A stretch of 64,000 nucleotides of DNA. Origin: Oculina patagonica (lineage: Eukaryota). Made by a program: the position numbers and the translations under genes. Shown here in pieces: positions 26,801 to 55,371 of this stretch (the stretch's first letter is position 1; each line of letters begins with the position of its first letter). Under the pieces are notes generated by a model. That model made no database searches, was not told where the DNA came from, and worked only from the letters and a program-made list of their open reading frames with translations. The DNA is taken from the NCBI RefSeq assembly GCF_052425735.1, contig NC_135761.1:9362001-9426000 (forward strand), read 5' to 3'.

Positions 26801-29626
26801 AGCTTAAAGGTCGTACTGAGGAACACTGGTCTGCGCAAAAACGATTGAGGGGCAATTTTCTCTTTAAGGACCCTACCCTGTATGGTTGGTGTAAGAAGTC
26901 GTAACTTCAGTACGATTATTGCGATATAAAGCCGGAGCCGCTCGGTATTTTGATCTGCTCAATCGAACTAAAGTATGGCCTCAAGCGTCCTCTGGGGTAC
27001 GAAGAGGTAGTAAGTAATCGAGCGAAGTTATCCTTGCAACATTGAACAGAGGAGCCTGGAGGGGTAAAATTGGAACTACGGTAGGATTTGGATCATTGGG
27101 ACTGGGGAGCACAAACAAGAAAATGGGATTCATTGGGACTGGGATTTAAGCCGAAATAGGCTGGGAAATGAGATTTATACCAAACTCACCCACTTTTGCA
27201 GGACAGGTCCAGTGTCAGTTCTCATTTCCCGAAGATTTTAGATTTGGACTACTTTTCGACGGAAAAGAGGGACCCCGTCAACTTCTTTGGCAAGGCACTT
27301 GTATGCGATTTAAGTGAAATTCCATAGTTTTCATATGTGGTAATAAAGCCTGTGTTTTCGTTGCGTTACGTTTAAATCCCATACTGAAATAAGCCAATCA
27401 GAGCGCGCCTTATACCTCTACACAAACTAACCATACAAAGGGTTCCAAAAGCTAACTCAACGCATACATACTAGTCATACTCGCCGTGAAGATGTGAAAG
27501 AATTCTTTTTATGCGTTTGTTTAGATATATTTAGATACATTGCTAGTTATTTATCTTGGCTAGTGATCGAGTACATAAGTGAAGGGATAAAAATAGCGAG
27601 TTTTAGCCCAACGTTACAAATTATTTTACAAACATTTGTTTATGTGATGCATGGAAGCGTTAAAACGAAGTGGCTCTAATTAACAATATCACAATGGTTA
27701 ATAAAGTTGGCAAAGAAAAGCTTATTATCCTGTACGTATCAATTAAAACACCAATTAAGCAATGAAAAATTCATTTCGTTTCGTCTTTAAGAAGGCATTA
27801 AAATTTCTCATTCCTTATACACATTTTGAGCCCAGTAGGAGATAAATCGCCACCCTCTGCCAGATTTATTAGTTGACTGTTTCTTTTACCAATGACTGTG
27901 AAATATTCGTTAAACAAACTTTTTTGGTTGGTGGAGCGTTGCAAACAATTTAAATCACTCGGCTTTGCTTTGTTAATTAGCGGGATTTTAACCAAAGACT
28001 CCATAGTGGTTCTCATTCATGCTCAATTAAGCATCTGCGCGTCCTATAATCCGCGGTGAGTTTTGGAATAAATTTGGAATAAATTTGCCGACCAGCCGCA
28101 AGTGACACGCGACGGGGAAATAAGTTAATAAAACAGCACGTTTTGTTAGACTAGAACATACGACCAGTTTCCTTAGAAGTATTTTTTTCGAGGCGGTGTA
28201 ATATCACATAAGGGGGTCATGAACTGTTCCACATAAACTGGAATGTTCTACAAAACGCCATTTTGTTCCGTGTGCGCTAAACAAAAATGCAAATTGCTGC
28301 AAAGTTAGTGATGCTTATACGAAACAAATGAACGCACTTGCTGGAGGTTGACAGCTGAACAATGCTAAACACTTCAGTAAAAACCGCTAATATTGATGCT
28401 TTTATCAAAATAATTTTTATGTTTACTTGGTTTTTCCAATAAAATTTAGTGGAATGGAAAAGGAATGTATGTTTACAAAGCAATTTGGCGCTAGGCACCG
28501 TGAGAAACACGGAAAAAAGAAAACTACACATTATTAAGCCATGCGTTTAATGAGGAAACCGAATTGAAAATTAAACTTTGCACATTACTCTAAACAGGAA
28601 AGAATTGTCGAGGCCATATACTGACTGAGAGTTTATGCATACTGTAATAATTTAAATGGCTAAAAAAATGAAGTCTTAAAACAAAACTGGATAAACAGCG
28701 CTTTGAAAAAACAAAATAAAATAGACCACGGGATAATTATATCAGAAAAAAATCTTCTGCAGCGAAAGCGGAAAATTTTTGGTCAGAGTATCGGAGAGTG
28801 GTCCTAAAAGATGAACTCGCAGTTTAATTCGAATTCTAACTTTTAATGCAACGTATATTACAGCTGTAGATTTAATTATTATGAAAATACTCATTTAGAA
28901 GATCATGTGTAACTGCCATTTTAAACTACCTTTGTTACACGAGGTAAATACCAACCTCTTAAATACGAGAATGGCTAACAGCAAAGAAAAACAGTATTAA
29001 GCCAAAGTTCTTTAAAGATGATAAATAAACCCCTTTGACCAAGCGTTAATTAAATAACTTATTTACATAACGTAAACTTCTACCAGACTTACCGAAAACA
29101 AAATTATCGGGTCGAAAGACCTTTCCAAACGGCGCGGAGCGAAGCGAATCCATCGTGCCCGATTCCAAATCAACGAGGACATTACGCGGTACGTATCTAT
29201 TGCCTGCGAGTGAAAAAACATTTAAACCGCAAATTAAACGCATTTTTATTCGAAATTCTACAGTGTGTTCACAGTAAGAATTCAACCAAGATAAGCAGGG
29301 AACTTAATGAGAGCGTTTCTACATTACTATTCATAACTCACCGGCACCCTCGGCAAAATAAACATCAATTTTCTCCAATTGCGAATTGCAACTTCCATTA
29401 TAGCGTCCCTCTTCGTCTATTCCATGCTCCGCGCAAAGAATTTCCCAAAGCTAAGATAAGAGCACACATTCACGGTTACCGAGACGTGTAAATTGACCCA
29501 CAGACAAAAGAAATAACGCCACTAGAAATCTCGTAGCTACAAGCAAGTTAGTGCCATAACATTAACCACCTTGTAGCCAATTTGGTTTCCGCACTGTCCG
29601 ACTTGTACGTTTATAATCTCCCGCAT
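23869..29626 (-). CDS. divergent beta-tubulin (tub2), 469 aa
   Basis: Exons 29570-29626, 29342-29450, 29093-29203, 26260-26717, 24779-25276, 23869-24045. Same intron positions and phases as the other five copies, with no stops or frameshifts. [24 protein letters not shown] and the beta-type K252 are retained. Confidence 0.93.
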
Positions 29627-31063
29627 TACACAGGCAGAAAGGAGGTGTAGTTCCTTCGCCCGAACCCACAACTCGGGTTCATTTCGTTGCGGCAAACGGC
29701 CACAATTTACCCCCGTTCGACTGGACTATTGATAAATCTGCGTCTCGAGTGAGACATCAATTATTCATGCTTTGCTGCGAATCCTTTCAAAAACCGTGCG
29801 GGAACCAAAACAGGAACCAGATACCGGTAGGTCTGTTCAAGGTTCTTGAAAACCTCGCTTCCGCGCCAAAAGCACTTCCGGCTGGTTGTTGACACATGAT
29901 CGTAGGTCTTGAGACTGTATTTTACTGAGGAATTAATTTAAAAAAGTGATAAATAAAATTAGCAGTTTATTTCTTATATTTCTTCGGGTAGTTTGTTTTG
30001 TGAATCTGTTTTAACTGCCCTCTGTTAATAAAATGATAGCTGAAAAGCACAAGCAGCCTTTTGCGCCACTTTTATCACTTGTGACATGGTTGTGATTGGT
30101 CAAAAGACTTGTCATACTTTATTGGGAAACAATGACTACTAGCAGTTTCTAAAGCCTTGTTTCCATATATTCGCAGCTAATCGCACCGGATCGCAGGTCA
30201 AAACGTTCTGTGATCATAAGACGCACCTGCGATCTTTGGCGTGATCGTACAGCTTACATGTAGCTTGTCTCCATTTTATCAAACCGTTGCGTTGCACTGT
30301 TGTCAGTTTTGCATTTATCTCTGTAAGTTCGCAAATGAACCGTTAAGCTTGGGCTGTAAGTAGAGGCGAAAAATATGAACAGCACATCTGATAGGAAGAA
30401 CAGATAAGTCAACCAAGTCGCCTCGCCCCGATTGTTCAAAGGTGGATAAAGCTATCCACCGGCACTATCCAGTGTTATGTCGACACTTATCTACTGGATA
30501 GCGTTATCCACCCTTTAAACAACAGGGCCCTGGGTTGCAAAAGATTCAGTGAGGGGACCGCGGAAAACCAATAGGTGAACTCTGCGCGGTGACAGATTTG
30601 GGACACAAGTAAAGGTTTGAGTTTCAATTTCTTAAGAGGGAAAAAAGAATCCCTAATAAATGAAGCAAACATAACACTGCGTGCAATAGTAGCTGTAAAA
30701 TTCCATGCTGTAGCGTCGCTCAACTATCAGCCATTTCCTTTTGTTCTGATTTTGATGAACAACTGACACGCTGGGAGCATTCTATTCCTAGTGCTTAGAT
30801 GTTAACTTTATTGGTGTAAAGCTAGAAACAGCCGAAGTCGTCGGTGACTCTACGGGGACCAGAACTGCTCAAGAAAAGCCTCTGGAACACAACCTGCTTG
30901 ATTAAATGCAAGTTATCGCTAATATACCTCTGTTAGCCAGAAAAACGGAGACCACCACAACAAAGTAACACAAATTGGGTTTTAATGAACATCTTTGGAG
31001 TTAAAATAATTAATACGGTTTAAATAGATTAATCTTTTTAAAAAACAACAAGACTGAGAAGCT

Positions 31064-36262
<5,199 letters not shown>

Positions 36263-37660
36263 TTTTGATTCCCTCGACCTTGACTAGCAACAGGGCGCTA
36301 TCCCGCTACAACTGATCTGCGTTTTGTGATTTCGGCAACTCGTCAGCTGATTGTGACGTTTTTTGACAGTGTAACCATGACGACATTGTAAACAGCACTT
36401 CGCGCTGGAGCGCGGGCTCAGTAGTATAGCGTTTTCTGCTCAAAATTCTGCTTCAGCAACAAAATTCTGCTTGCTCGGTGCTGACTGTGATCACCCGCTC
36501 AGGCCGAAGCGAAAGAAGAGGACCGGCTGACCCGGCACATCGGCAAGCGAGACACCCACGAATGTGTCCACTCGCAGAAAAGCAGAACTGGGGAGGGGCC
36601 TGGTAAAATGTATCCCGCAAACCTTTGATTCGGGTCAGATGTCTTCATGAGTTGCCTTTGAATAGCATTGTTAACAAAAAGCGCGCCGTTATCCTTAAGA
36701 ATGGAATGAAAATCAGAAGAAATGTGCAATGCGATGTTCCTTTCCAACGAGTAATCAAAGCTCCTTTTGTAGCTCTGGAAGTACCCCAGAATAATATTTC
36801 GAAATAAGATAAAAAAAACCTGTTTTCCTTACTAACGTGTACCTTTTCTGCGCTGTGCAATACACAACAACATGAATGTATTAGGACTCTATTTGTAACA
36901 GGACCAAAGTTCGAGTACACTTTTTCTTTGATGGCTTGATCAGGGCTTCGCACGCGCCAGGGTAGGATCCGGACCAGACTTGTATAAAACGTGGGTCCCT
37001 GTGATTAAATAACGGGGAAGCTGAGTGAAAAAAAGAACCTGCCGGAAAAAAAATAATCATAAAAGGCACTTTTCCGCCGAAAAGGTAGGTGCCTAGTTCT
37101 CCTCGGCCAGTATTGCATAGCCTCGTATCTTTGATGGTTAGTTATTAATCAGACTAATCAGAACACTTCGCCACCTTTCCGGCGAAATCAGGCAGAAGAG
37201 AGAGAGCATGGGATGAAGGCTGGAGCTGGCAGAATTGCTGGGAAATTGCGCACTGTGATGTATGACTATGTTCCAAAATTGCGGGAACTTCACATGAATG
37301 GTTCGCTCTCTTCGACAGAACAAGAGGACAACCGACAGGAACGATGCCCTTAGCCCCGGGAACAATAGCAATACGTCTTTTTTGTCTTTTTACTCTAGAG
37401 GACCAGTAGAATTTCAAGCTTTCGAGAGCTGCTACACTACTGGAAAATCCACCAGCTGTTTCAGTCGGCTGCATACACAATCAATACAGTGCAGGGGCGG
37501 ATGTACACAGGTTATGTACATCCAGCCTTTCCATCAAGTTACACGGCGTCCCTTTCAATACGTCCTTTTTGTCTTTTCACTTCTATGAAATAAAATTCAC
37601 TGGTCTTATTCTCAGTATTCTGGACAGATACCAGGAAAATATACTGCTAACTGTACTTTT

Positions 37661-38054
37661 AAGGTCGGGACACACTAGGCGACAAGTCGCAGCGACAGGT
37701 CTCTGCAACAAGTCGCTCCATGTGTACTACTTCAAAATAAGTCACTGCGACAAGGCGCTTGTTTGTTGCTCACACAGCGAATTTTGAAGAGTGGGAATGT
37801 GAGTAGTTTTCCAATTTAATATGGCAAAAATGCGTGACGCTCTCTCATTGGTTAATTTATATTTTGTCGCAGAAGTGTGCACACGCTGCAACAACGCTCC
37901 TGTCGCTCATTTTGTCGCTGCGATCAGTCGAACGAATTCAAACTGGTTTGAATCCGTACAACTGATTGCAGCGAGAAAGATTGTCGCAAAAATGCACCAT
38001 GTCACACGAGGCAAAAAATGTCGCAGCGACTTGTCGCCTAGTGTGTCCCGTTTT
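37661..38054. mobile_element. MITE (TGTCGC-repeat family)
   Basis: TIR CGGGACACACTAGGCGACAAGTCGC / GCGACTTGTCGCCTAGTGTGTCCCG. Confidence 0.8.
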
Positions 38055-38385
38055 AAACTCTGGGAGCAGCCCTGTTCTCCAATCAGAGATATTCAATATA
38101 TCTGTGACTGAATTCAGTTAGTAGCATATCTCAAAACCGTTCTTCCGTTACAATCAAGCTGCAAGTCAACAGGAATTCGATTGTATGTCAATTTTGAAGC
38201 TGGACAAAACAAATATTATTCATGCATAGGTGCGTCTAAACTTGAAATAAAATTTATTCTTATTGAAGCGAGAACCAATTCTCGTATGCTGAACTTCTCT
38301 CTCCAATTTCACGATTTTGTACACGGATACATTAGGGTCAAGAACTTTGAGAAAAGTGTATCATGCTATTGTTCGGTTTTAGAAG

Positions 38386-38826
38386 TACCGTACGTTTTTA
38401 TTCGATTAAGCGCCCATCCTCGAATAAGCGCCCACCTCGAATAAGCGCCCACCCTGTAGGCAGGAAAAGTTAATAAGCGCCCAGCCTCGAATAAGCGCCC
38501 ACCCCCACCCTCCTAAAAAGAGGGCAAAAGAGGAATTTTGATTATTGTTGAAGTTGAGATTGAAATTGACTAAGTTCTTCAAAGAGACTACCCCGAAAAC
38601 CGAGTTTTTTAAAAGTGTTTTACCGCTGAAACTTTCATTGAACATTTAAAATTCAGCTTTAGTACAGCTTTACGTTAAGTTATTATACATTATTTTCTTG
38701 CAAAATAAACGTACTACTTGCTAAAAATGGTAAAAATGTAATAAGCGCCCAGCCTCGAATAAGCGCTCACCCTCAAGGTCCAAAAAATTAATAAGCGCCC
38801 AGGGCGCTTAATCGAATAAATACGGT
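38386..38826. mobile_element. MITE with AATAAGCGCCC repeats
   Basis: TIR TACCGTA..TTTATTCGATTAAGCGCCC / GGGCGCTTAATCGAATAAATACGGT. Confidence 0.75.
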
Positions 38827-39137
38827 TTTAAGGACAGTGTGACTTTTGGGCCTGCATTGGAGCAAGGTTTAACCAAGATCAATCAAACACAGATACTGCA
38901 GGACTCTGTTGTCTTTTATTGACCAATAGACTTAAATATAATTACACACGCGGAAAGCCGGGCTTCTTAATTTACTACTGACCTAACATAGGTCATGCTT
39001 TATTCTTCAAGAGAAAATTAGAACTGGAGAAAAAACTCATTACAGCTTAAAGTGAACAGCTTCTTTTGCCAGTTTATTAGCTACGAAAGATCAAACAGTT
39101 TTCCTGCGAATTCATTCTCGGTTTGTCAAGTTATTTA

Positions 39138-43927
<4,790 letters not shown>

Positions 43928-44013
43928 CTTTGAAAGTTTTAGCGAACGTTGTGGGCTCGACTTTCCTGTGTCTTTGAGTTTGCAATATGTTGCTCCGGGA
44001 GATTGCGGCGCGG

Positions 44014-44096
44014 TTTATAGCCAATGACTAATTTATTCAATTCTTTCTTTTGCATACAAAAGACCTTTATTATACAGTAATCGCCTCATGACGTCA
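44014..44096 (-). promoter_or_regulatory. tub4 core promoter: TATAAA, adjacent CCAAT, CRE (TGACGTCA)
   Basis: TTTATA 44014-44019, CCAAT 44021-44025, TGACGTCA 44089-44096. TATA and CRE are conserved upstream of tub6 (59778-59783, 59855-59862). Confidence 0.55.
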
Positions 44097-46436
44097 TCGT
44101 TGACAGGCATTATGTGTTTTGGATTGTTTATTGGTAATCATGGAAAAATGCGACACCTGAAAGCCGTTGTTCAAAAACAAAGCCACATGGGCGTTGAACC
44201 AATGGAAGAGTACCTGAGGTTACATGTGATGTCTTTCGAAAACAAAGCGCAAATTTTTGAGCGGCGATTCAGTTCAATATTGACAGCATCTCCGGAAAAC
44301 AAACCACGACAAAACTGCCAAGCGAAATATTAGTTATTTCGATGCAGTCCTTCATTCAATTTGGTCGTAAGAAGAAGGAGAGTGGTTACATTTTTTTGGC
44401 CAATTGGAATCTCGCATGATCTGTCAAAACACGCAAGGCACTTTGAGCTGTAAAAATGCTAAATAGACACTTCTTTCATTAAAAATACACTCGTTGATAA
44501 ATTTTGGTTCGCCATTTTGAATGCAAGATCTGCCAGGCGTTTCACTCCCCTCGCTTCCTAACCATCATGCCCCGTGTTCCCGCCTTCCTAACCGTCCGGC
44601 CGATCGGCACCTGGGAACGAGGCAGAGTCGGCACGGTGGAGAATAGCCTGCGTTGCAGACGAACAAAACCCCGGTAAACTAGGTGGAGAACAGAAGTTGT
44701 CCAAAGATGTAAGGGATAATCAAGAGAGGCTTGTCCTCTTTTGGGATAATACAATAGCCTCTGTGATGATGTTCCCCTTGGGATGTTCAGGCGATGGATT
44801 TTAGCATGCGGAACAGGCGCCGCTTAGCGCGACCTCCCAATAACCCCGCAAAAATAAACCGCCTGTTCTGCAGGCTAATGGATTTGGATTTTCGTTTATG
44901 TATATGAAATTTGAAGCCCAGATTTTCTTTAATACGTGTATCAACAGGTGTATCAAATTCAATTGCGGGTTTCAGAGCTGTCCCGTCATTTTCTAGGGCA
45001 CTAGGAATGGTCAGGAGATTCGCGGTCTCAATTAGAAGCTTGGCTTCAGAGTTCTTTAGAAGTTTTATGTGTCCTATAAAATATAGTAGGTTGATAACCC
45101 CCGATTCAAAACTGTATCGTGCTTGGGACTCTCGAATAAGTGTCTCGGTTGATCTTTTTTTTCTTTGTCTTGGTTCCCCAAATTCATAGGCCCTCTTATA
45201 AAATTGGCCGTTCCCTTACTGCCGAGGCGAGGTAATAGTATTACAGTCAACTCTCTAAGGGGTATCGAATGGTCTTTGCGTGCATCAGGAGCACAGCGTT
45301 TTTCTTTGCGAGCACGAGCATTGACAATAATTAGCCTTACGAGCAACGAGCACTTTTTAAAAAGCTACTTCCCCTAAAAACCGAGCACTAGTAAAAATAT
45401 GCGACCACGAGCAAAATTTGCAAGTAATGCAAAATTTTGATGGACCATTCATGACCCCTTCTCTGCAAGACGGACACCTTCGGGACCAGGCCCAACTGTA
45501 CGTCTTAGAGAGGTGTCCGCCTTATAGAGAGTCGAGGTAACGTGACACTAGTAATTTTGAGATAATAAACTTCAGTTGAACGGCTGTACAAAGTATTATC
45601 TGGAAAAAGTTGAAAATGGACTCGTTTTCCGTTTGTTCGTAACAATATGTTGCAAACTTAAAACAGGTCTACATGTATTCGCTTGTTCAAGCAAACGTTC
45701 ACGGCTCCTAGCTACACTTTGCGCAGCTTTAAATTTTACTGTTTTTTGTGGCGCCAGAAAGTTTCTCACCGAAACAGAAACTTGACTTCAGCTGTTTAAC
45801 TAAATTGGCACTTTTTTACTCGAACACGAAAGCTTTTTTACCTTTTTATGCTTTTAAGTACAAGTGCCACGCAGCAAAGGAAATTCTACGAGTCACTTGG
45901 GGCACTTTACAAGTCTCCCGAGTTTCTAATTGCTGGAGACTTGATCAATCGAGGAAGAGTAGTTCCGGGATTCGATTCGCCAGCTTTTTTCTTGCACCGC
46001 GCTAATCCCGCCAGCTATTGGGGATATTTTTAATGCATATTGCTTTCTATTTCATCCCGAAAGTGGATCAGCCTCGATACACTGTCGATAGCACATTCGC
46101 ATTGGGGCAAGCTTAACCGATATCAATTACCAACACAGATATTGCAGGAGTATGTTGTCTTTAATTGACCAATTTTAACACAATTACACACGTGGAAAAC
46201 AGGGCTTCTTAATTCACTACCGAGTTAACACAGGTCAGGATTTGTTTTTCAAGAGAAAACTACAACAGTTCGCTCGCACATTTACGCCTTTAAAAAGTTT
46301 CCAGTTTGATTTGCTTGGCAATTTTAGAGAAAACCTCGTTACAGCTAAAAGTGAACAGTTTCTTTTGCCAGTTTATTAGCTACGAAAGATCAAACAGTTT
46401 TCCTGCGAATTCATTCTCGGTTTGTCAAGTTATTTA

Positions 46437-51461
<5,025 letters not shown>

Positions 51462-51530
51462 TTAAGCGAACGTTGTGGGCTCGACTTTCCTGTGTGTTTG
51501 AGTTTGCTATATGTCGCTGCGGGAGGTTTA

Positions 51531-51867
51531 TATAGTAGAATTCCGGTTATAAGCCCTGGGCTTATACAACTTCGTAAGGGGTTTTTGGTGGGCTTATTAG
51601 CGGAGGGGCTTATATCCGGGAGGGCTTATAAGCGGAATGAAAAAAAACGTTTCGAAACGAGCCTCGGGAGTGTTGATCGAAATACGATTTTAAGTTAGAA
51701 ACGCGCAAAAAGCAACATTTAGCCCTGTTCAGTACTGTCATCCGGTAGAGGGGGGCTTATATCCGGGGTGGCTTATAATCGGATGTATTTTTTTGTTTCC
51801 AGGTTGATGGGCCTATAACCGGGGGGGGGCTTATAAGCGGGGGGCTTATAACCGGAATTTTACGGTA
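51531..51867. mobile_element. TATAAGCCC-family MITE inserted at the tub5 TATA box
   Basis: Same TIR as 22253-22540. The empty site GGTTTATAGCCAA is present upstream of tub4 and tub6. Confidence 0.85.
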
Positions 51868-52493
51868 GAGCCAATGACTAATTTATTCAATTCTTCTTTT
51901 GCATACAAAATTTACGTGCTTTCAATCACGCGACTTCGCAAAAGCCACCGAAATTGAAAGCTGCGTTTTTCTAGCAAAATAGCAGTTAAACTTCAAGAAC
52001 TTGATTTTTAAGCTTCTTTTATTTTGACCAAAATCAATTTATGCCATTCAAGTGGTTTGAGCGTATTTTATGTAAGATTCGGAACAAAATAAATATTTGC
52101 AAGCCCAGACAGGAATTTGTTTATGCATGTGGATCAAAAAAGAAATGACGTAATCAGGGAAATTTCGGTTCAATTCTCCAAACTTCTTGACTGGTGCAAA
52201 ACTCGGACTCGAGTCGTCGGATGACGCTAAACGGAGAAATACAACAGGATGGCCTCAGTCTACTTTTTATTTTGGCGTGAAATGGACTCCCTTTTATCGT
52301 CATTCAACTGGTTTGGGTTTATTTTATTCAACATTTGGAACAAAAAAAATATTTGCATGCCTAAGCATGAATTTATTCGGCAAGGCATGTGGCATAAGGC
52401 AAGAGATGATGCGATAAGGGAAATTCAGCTCACGCACACTCCGTGACTCACGCAAACACGACTTGTGTGCATTCTCGTACCTCGAGTCTTCGT

Positions 52494-53093
52494 TAGGGCT
52501 TTCCACAAGTTGCTCGGCAACTTTTTGGCAACTTTTCATGATTTGAGCAACTTTTTCCCCTTCGAGCAACTTTTTTCCTCTCGAGCAACTTGTTGCATTT
52601 TAAACAATTTTCAGACCGAAGATCTCCGAAGGTGTTCCGAGTGTTGTTTAAAGGTAATACGAACGTTTCCGAAGATTTACGAAGTTTGCCGAAGACTTTC
52701 GAGGAACATCTGAAGACGTTTCAACTTTCGGCTCATTCTGCATTAAAGCGTTACAAAACTCGTCAGCAAACATGACGTCATCGATATCTTCACAATTTTT
52801 CTCAGTTAAAGAAATCCTTGTTATTTAACAAATTTGCGCCTTAATCTAGATACTTGTTTTGCTGTAAAATTGCATTAAACTGCTTAGAAATCTTACCCTC
52901 AAAGGGAAATAAGCATATATTTAGAGAAATTCTTTTGATTAGAAGCAGCGTTTTGGATTTTTTGGAGCAACTTTCGAGAAACTTTTATTATCAGAAGCAA
53001 CTTTTTTGGATTTTTGAAGCAACTTTTGAGCAACTTTTTGAGAAATTACGGGCAACTTTTTGGGAAATCTCGAGCAACTTGTGGAAAGCCCTA
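52494..53093. mobile_element. hAT-like MITE
   Basis: TIR TAGGGCTTTCCACAAGTTGCTCG / CGAGCAACTTGTGGAAAGCCCTA. Perfect 8-bp TSD GTCTTCGT. Confidence 0.85.
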
Positions 53094-53375
53094 GTCTTCG
53101 TCCCTTCTGCGCAGGTTTGAAGAAACGCACAGGAATTCGATGTTGTGCTCAACTCGTAACAATAGGAAATCCCAGAGCACAAAATTATTCAAAACTACGA
53201 GATCGCTTCAATATTTTTTCAATTTTGCGTTTATATTAGACAACCTTAGAGGTTTTCAATGAGCATCAAATTCAGGGATTGTGTAGTGTAAGGATCAATT
53301 GTCACCTTGAAAAATTTTGGGGAAAATTCATCGAGAGTTTTAAAATAATCGTGTTTTTTGCGAAAGTAGGCGTAA

Positions 53376-53542
53376 AATAGACCCTTTGCATAAATGGCGT
53401 CCGCATTTGAATAACAATACAGATACATCCTTAGCCTCACGTTCACGTAAAAAATCCTTTGTTAAAAAACATCCACACGAGGCTAAGGATGTACATAGTA
53501 TTGTTATTTAAATTTGGGCGCCATTTATGCAAAGGGTCTATT
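53376..53542. mobile_element. palindromic MITE
   Basis: AATAGACCCTTTGCATAAATGGCG..CGCCATTTATGCAAAGGGTCTATT, with further internal symmetry. Confidence 0.75.
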
Positions 53543-54324
53543 GGTAAATAGAGCTAAACATTAAGCTTCACTATGATTCATATATTTCATATTTTTCGAA
53601 ATCGCGCAAGTCTACCTACTTTTTACGGTTTGGATATCGGATATGGGACATTTTTAAAAGGAATGAGGGCTAAAGCCTCCCATTAAACATAAAAAAGAAG
53701 CAAATTTCTTTATATGAAGTCTTGTCTTTATTTTACGCATAAATTATACCATCTAAAAACAAATTCCAAGATATTTTAAAATTCCTCTTGTAGATTTCGA
53801 TGAAACTCCGCAGAGCTGAAGGCAAAGACCCAAGGTAGACGTAGCTTGGAGGATCTCGAAAGAAAATGCGGTTAAGGGCTAAAATTCGATTCAGAGCAAA
53901 AACCTGTGTGACATCATTGTCACGTGATATTCATTCCGATCTCCCAAAAATTTATTTCATATTGTAGTTCAGTCTATGTGTAATCCATGTATTATAGTGA
54001 ATATGTCATTGACATTAATCCCTTTAAGATGAGAGTTTCAAAGTTGATAGGTATCGCTAAAAAAAAAACTGGGTCGAGCCACCTTAAAGTGACTCGGAAC
54101 GTCCTCGGAGGTTGATCATTTTTTTTTATCTTGGCTTAGATGACTGTGCCGTCTATCCCCCAAATTCATAGGTCCTTTAATAAAATTTGGTTAAGGTTGT
54201 ACGTTTACCGAGGTAGGTAATCGTATTACAGTTAACTCTCTCTAAGAGGGACACCTTCGGGACCTGCCCCAACTGTCCGTCTTAGAGAAGTGTCCGCCTT
54301 ATAGAGAGTCGAGGTAACTAGACA

Positions 54325-54766
54325 CCCGGGGGGGGGGGGTACTCCATATAATGGCCTATACGGGGAGGCTCCGCCCGAAAGGGGTACCTTTTTCAGGCTT
54401 CAGGTATATAAAAGGGTAGGGATTTCACAAGTTTTGGTATATGAAAGGGTACGAAAATCCGTCATTTAGGTTTTTTATAAGGGCCTTTAATTAAAATATT
54501 TTGAACAGACGCACTTTATGGCTGTATTATTTTAATTTATTAAGCGCGCGCTGCATGAAAATGACAAGAAAACGTTCTGTTCTACGTCTATGCCATGTCT
54601 TTTAGGTATATGAAAGGAGAACCTTTTTTCAGTAAAAGGTATATGAAAGGGGTACAATTTTCTGTCAAAATGGTATATAAAAGGGTAAGGGGTAAGAGCT
54701 TGGGGCGGAGCCTCCCCGTCAGGAGCCAACGTATAAAACTTTTTTGAGTGCTCCCCCCCCCCCGGG
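54325..54766. mobile_element. CCCGGG-terminated MITE (31291 family, reversed)
   Basis: TSD ACTAGACA/ACGAGACA. The empty paralogous site lies near 45540 (GAGGTAACGTGACACTAGTAATT). Confidence 0.8.
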
Positions 54767-55160
54767 ACGAGACACCAGTAATTCTGAGATAATAAAGTTG
54801 AATGGCTAAACACAGAATACACATCTGCTAAAAGTCGGTTACTTCAGCAAAAACTACAAACTGGGACAAGAATAATGCTTAAAAATTGACTCGTTTACCA
54901 TGTTTACCCGTTTGTTTATTATAATCGAAAGTGAGCAGTACATGCATGTTGCAAACTGTAACATGTCTACAGTGATCTCTCTCTAAAACGGACACTGTCG
55001 GGACCGGCTCCAACTGTATGTCTAATAGAGAGGTTTCCGTCTTTTTGGAGTTTAGTTACAGTAAAATCACTGAAAAGCGGCAGGGACGGGACCAACACCA
55101 GGAGTCCGTTCTGAGAGTTGACTGTATTCGCTTGTTTAAGCAAACGTCATGTACGGCTTT

Positions 55161-55371
55161 GGCCTACTCTGGGACCCAAAATCGCCTAAAGCCGCTATAA
55201 GTATAGATATTTTCGTATCATGAAGATTCCCATGTACATGTATACCACAACTGTACTTAGGGCGGTCACCTAAAATTGCATAACTTTAGGCGCCCAAAAT
55301 CGCACGTAATTTTGGACAAAATAAGCTAAAATCGCCTAAAGTTACAGCGACTTTGGGTCCCAGAGTAGGCC
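55161..55371. mobile_element. MITE
   Basis: TIR GGCCTACTCTGGGACCCAAA / TTTGGGTCCCAGAGTAGGCC. Absent at the paralogous site near 45705. Confidence 0.75.

Noticed and set aside
23869-29626. tub2 as a pseudogene or as delta/epsilon/gamma tubulin
   Set aside because: Open frame, canonical splice sites, beta-type intron positions and beta-diagnostic residues.
36499-37588. Possible small gene between tub3 and tub4
   Set aside because: The ORFs are unrelated across frames and the region includes a dispersed repeat.
44860-45215. ATG-less open frame of about 115 codons on the minus strand
   Set aside because: No recognisable motif, no clear splice partners, and it overlaps duplicated or repeat sequence.
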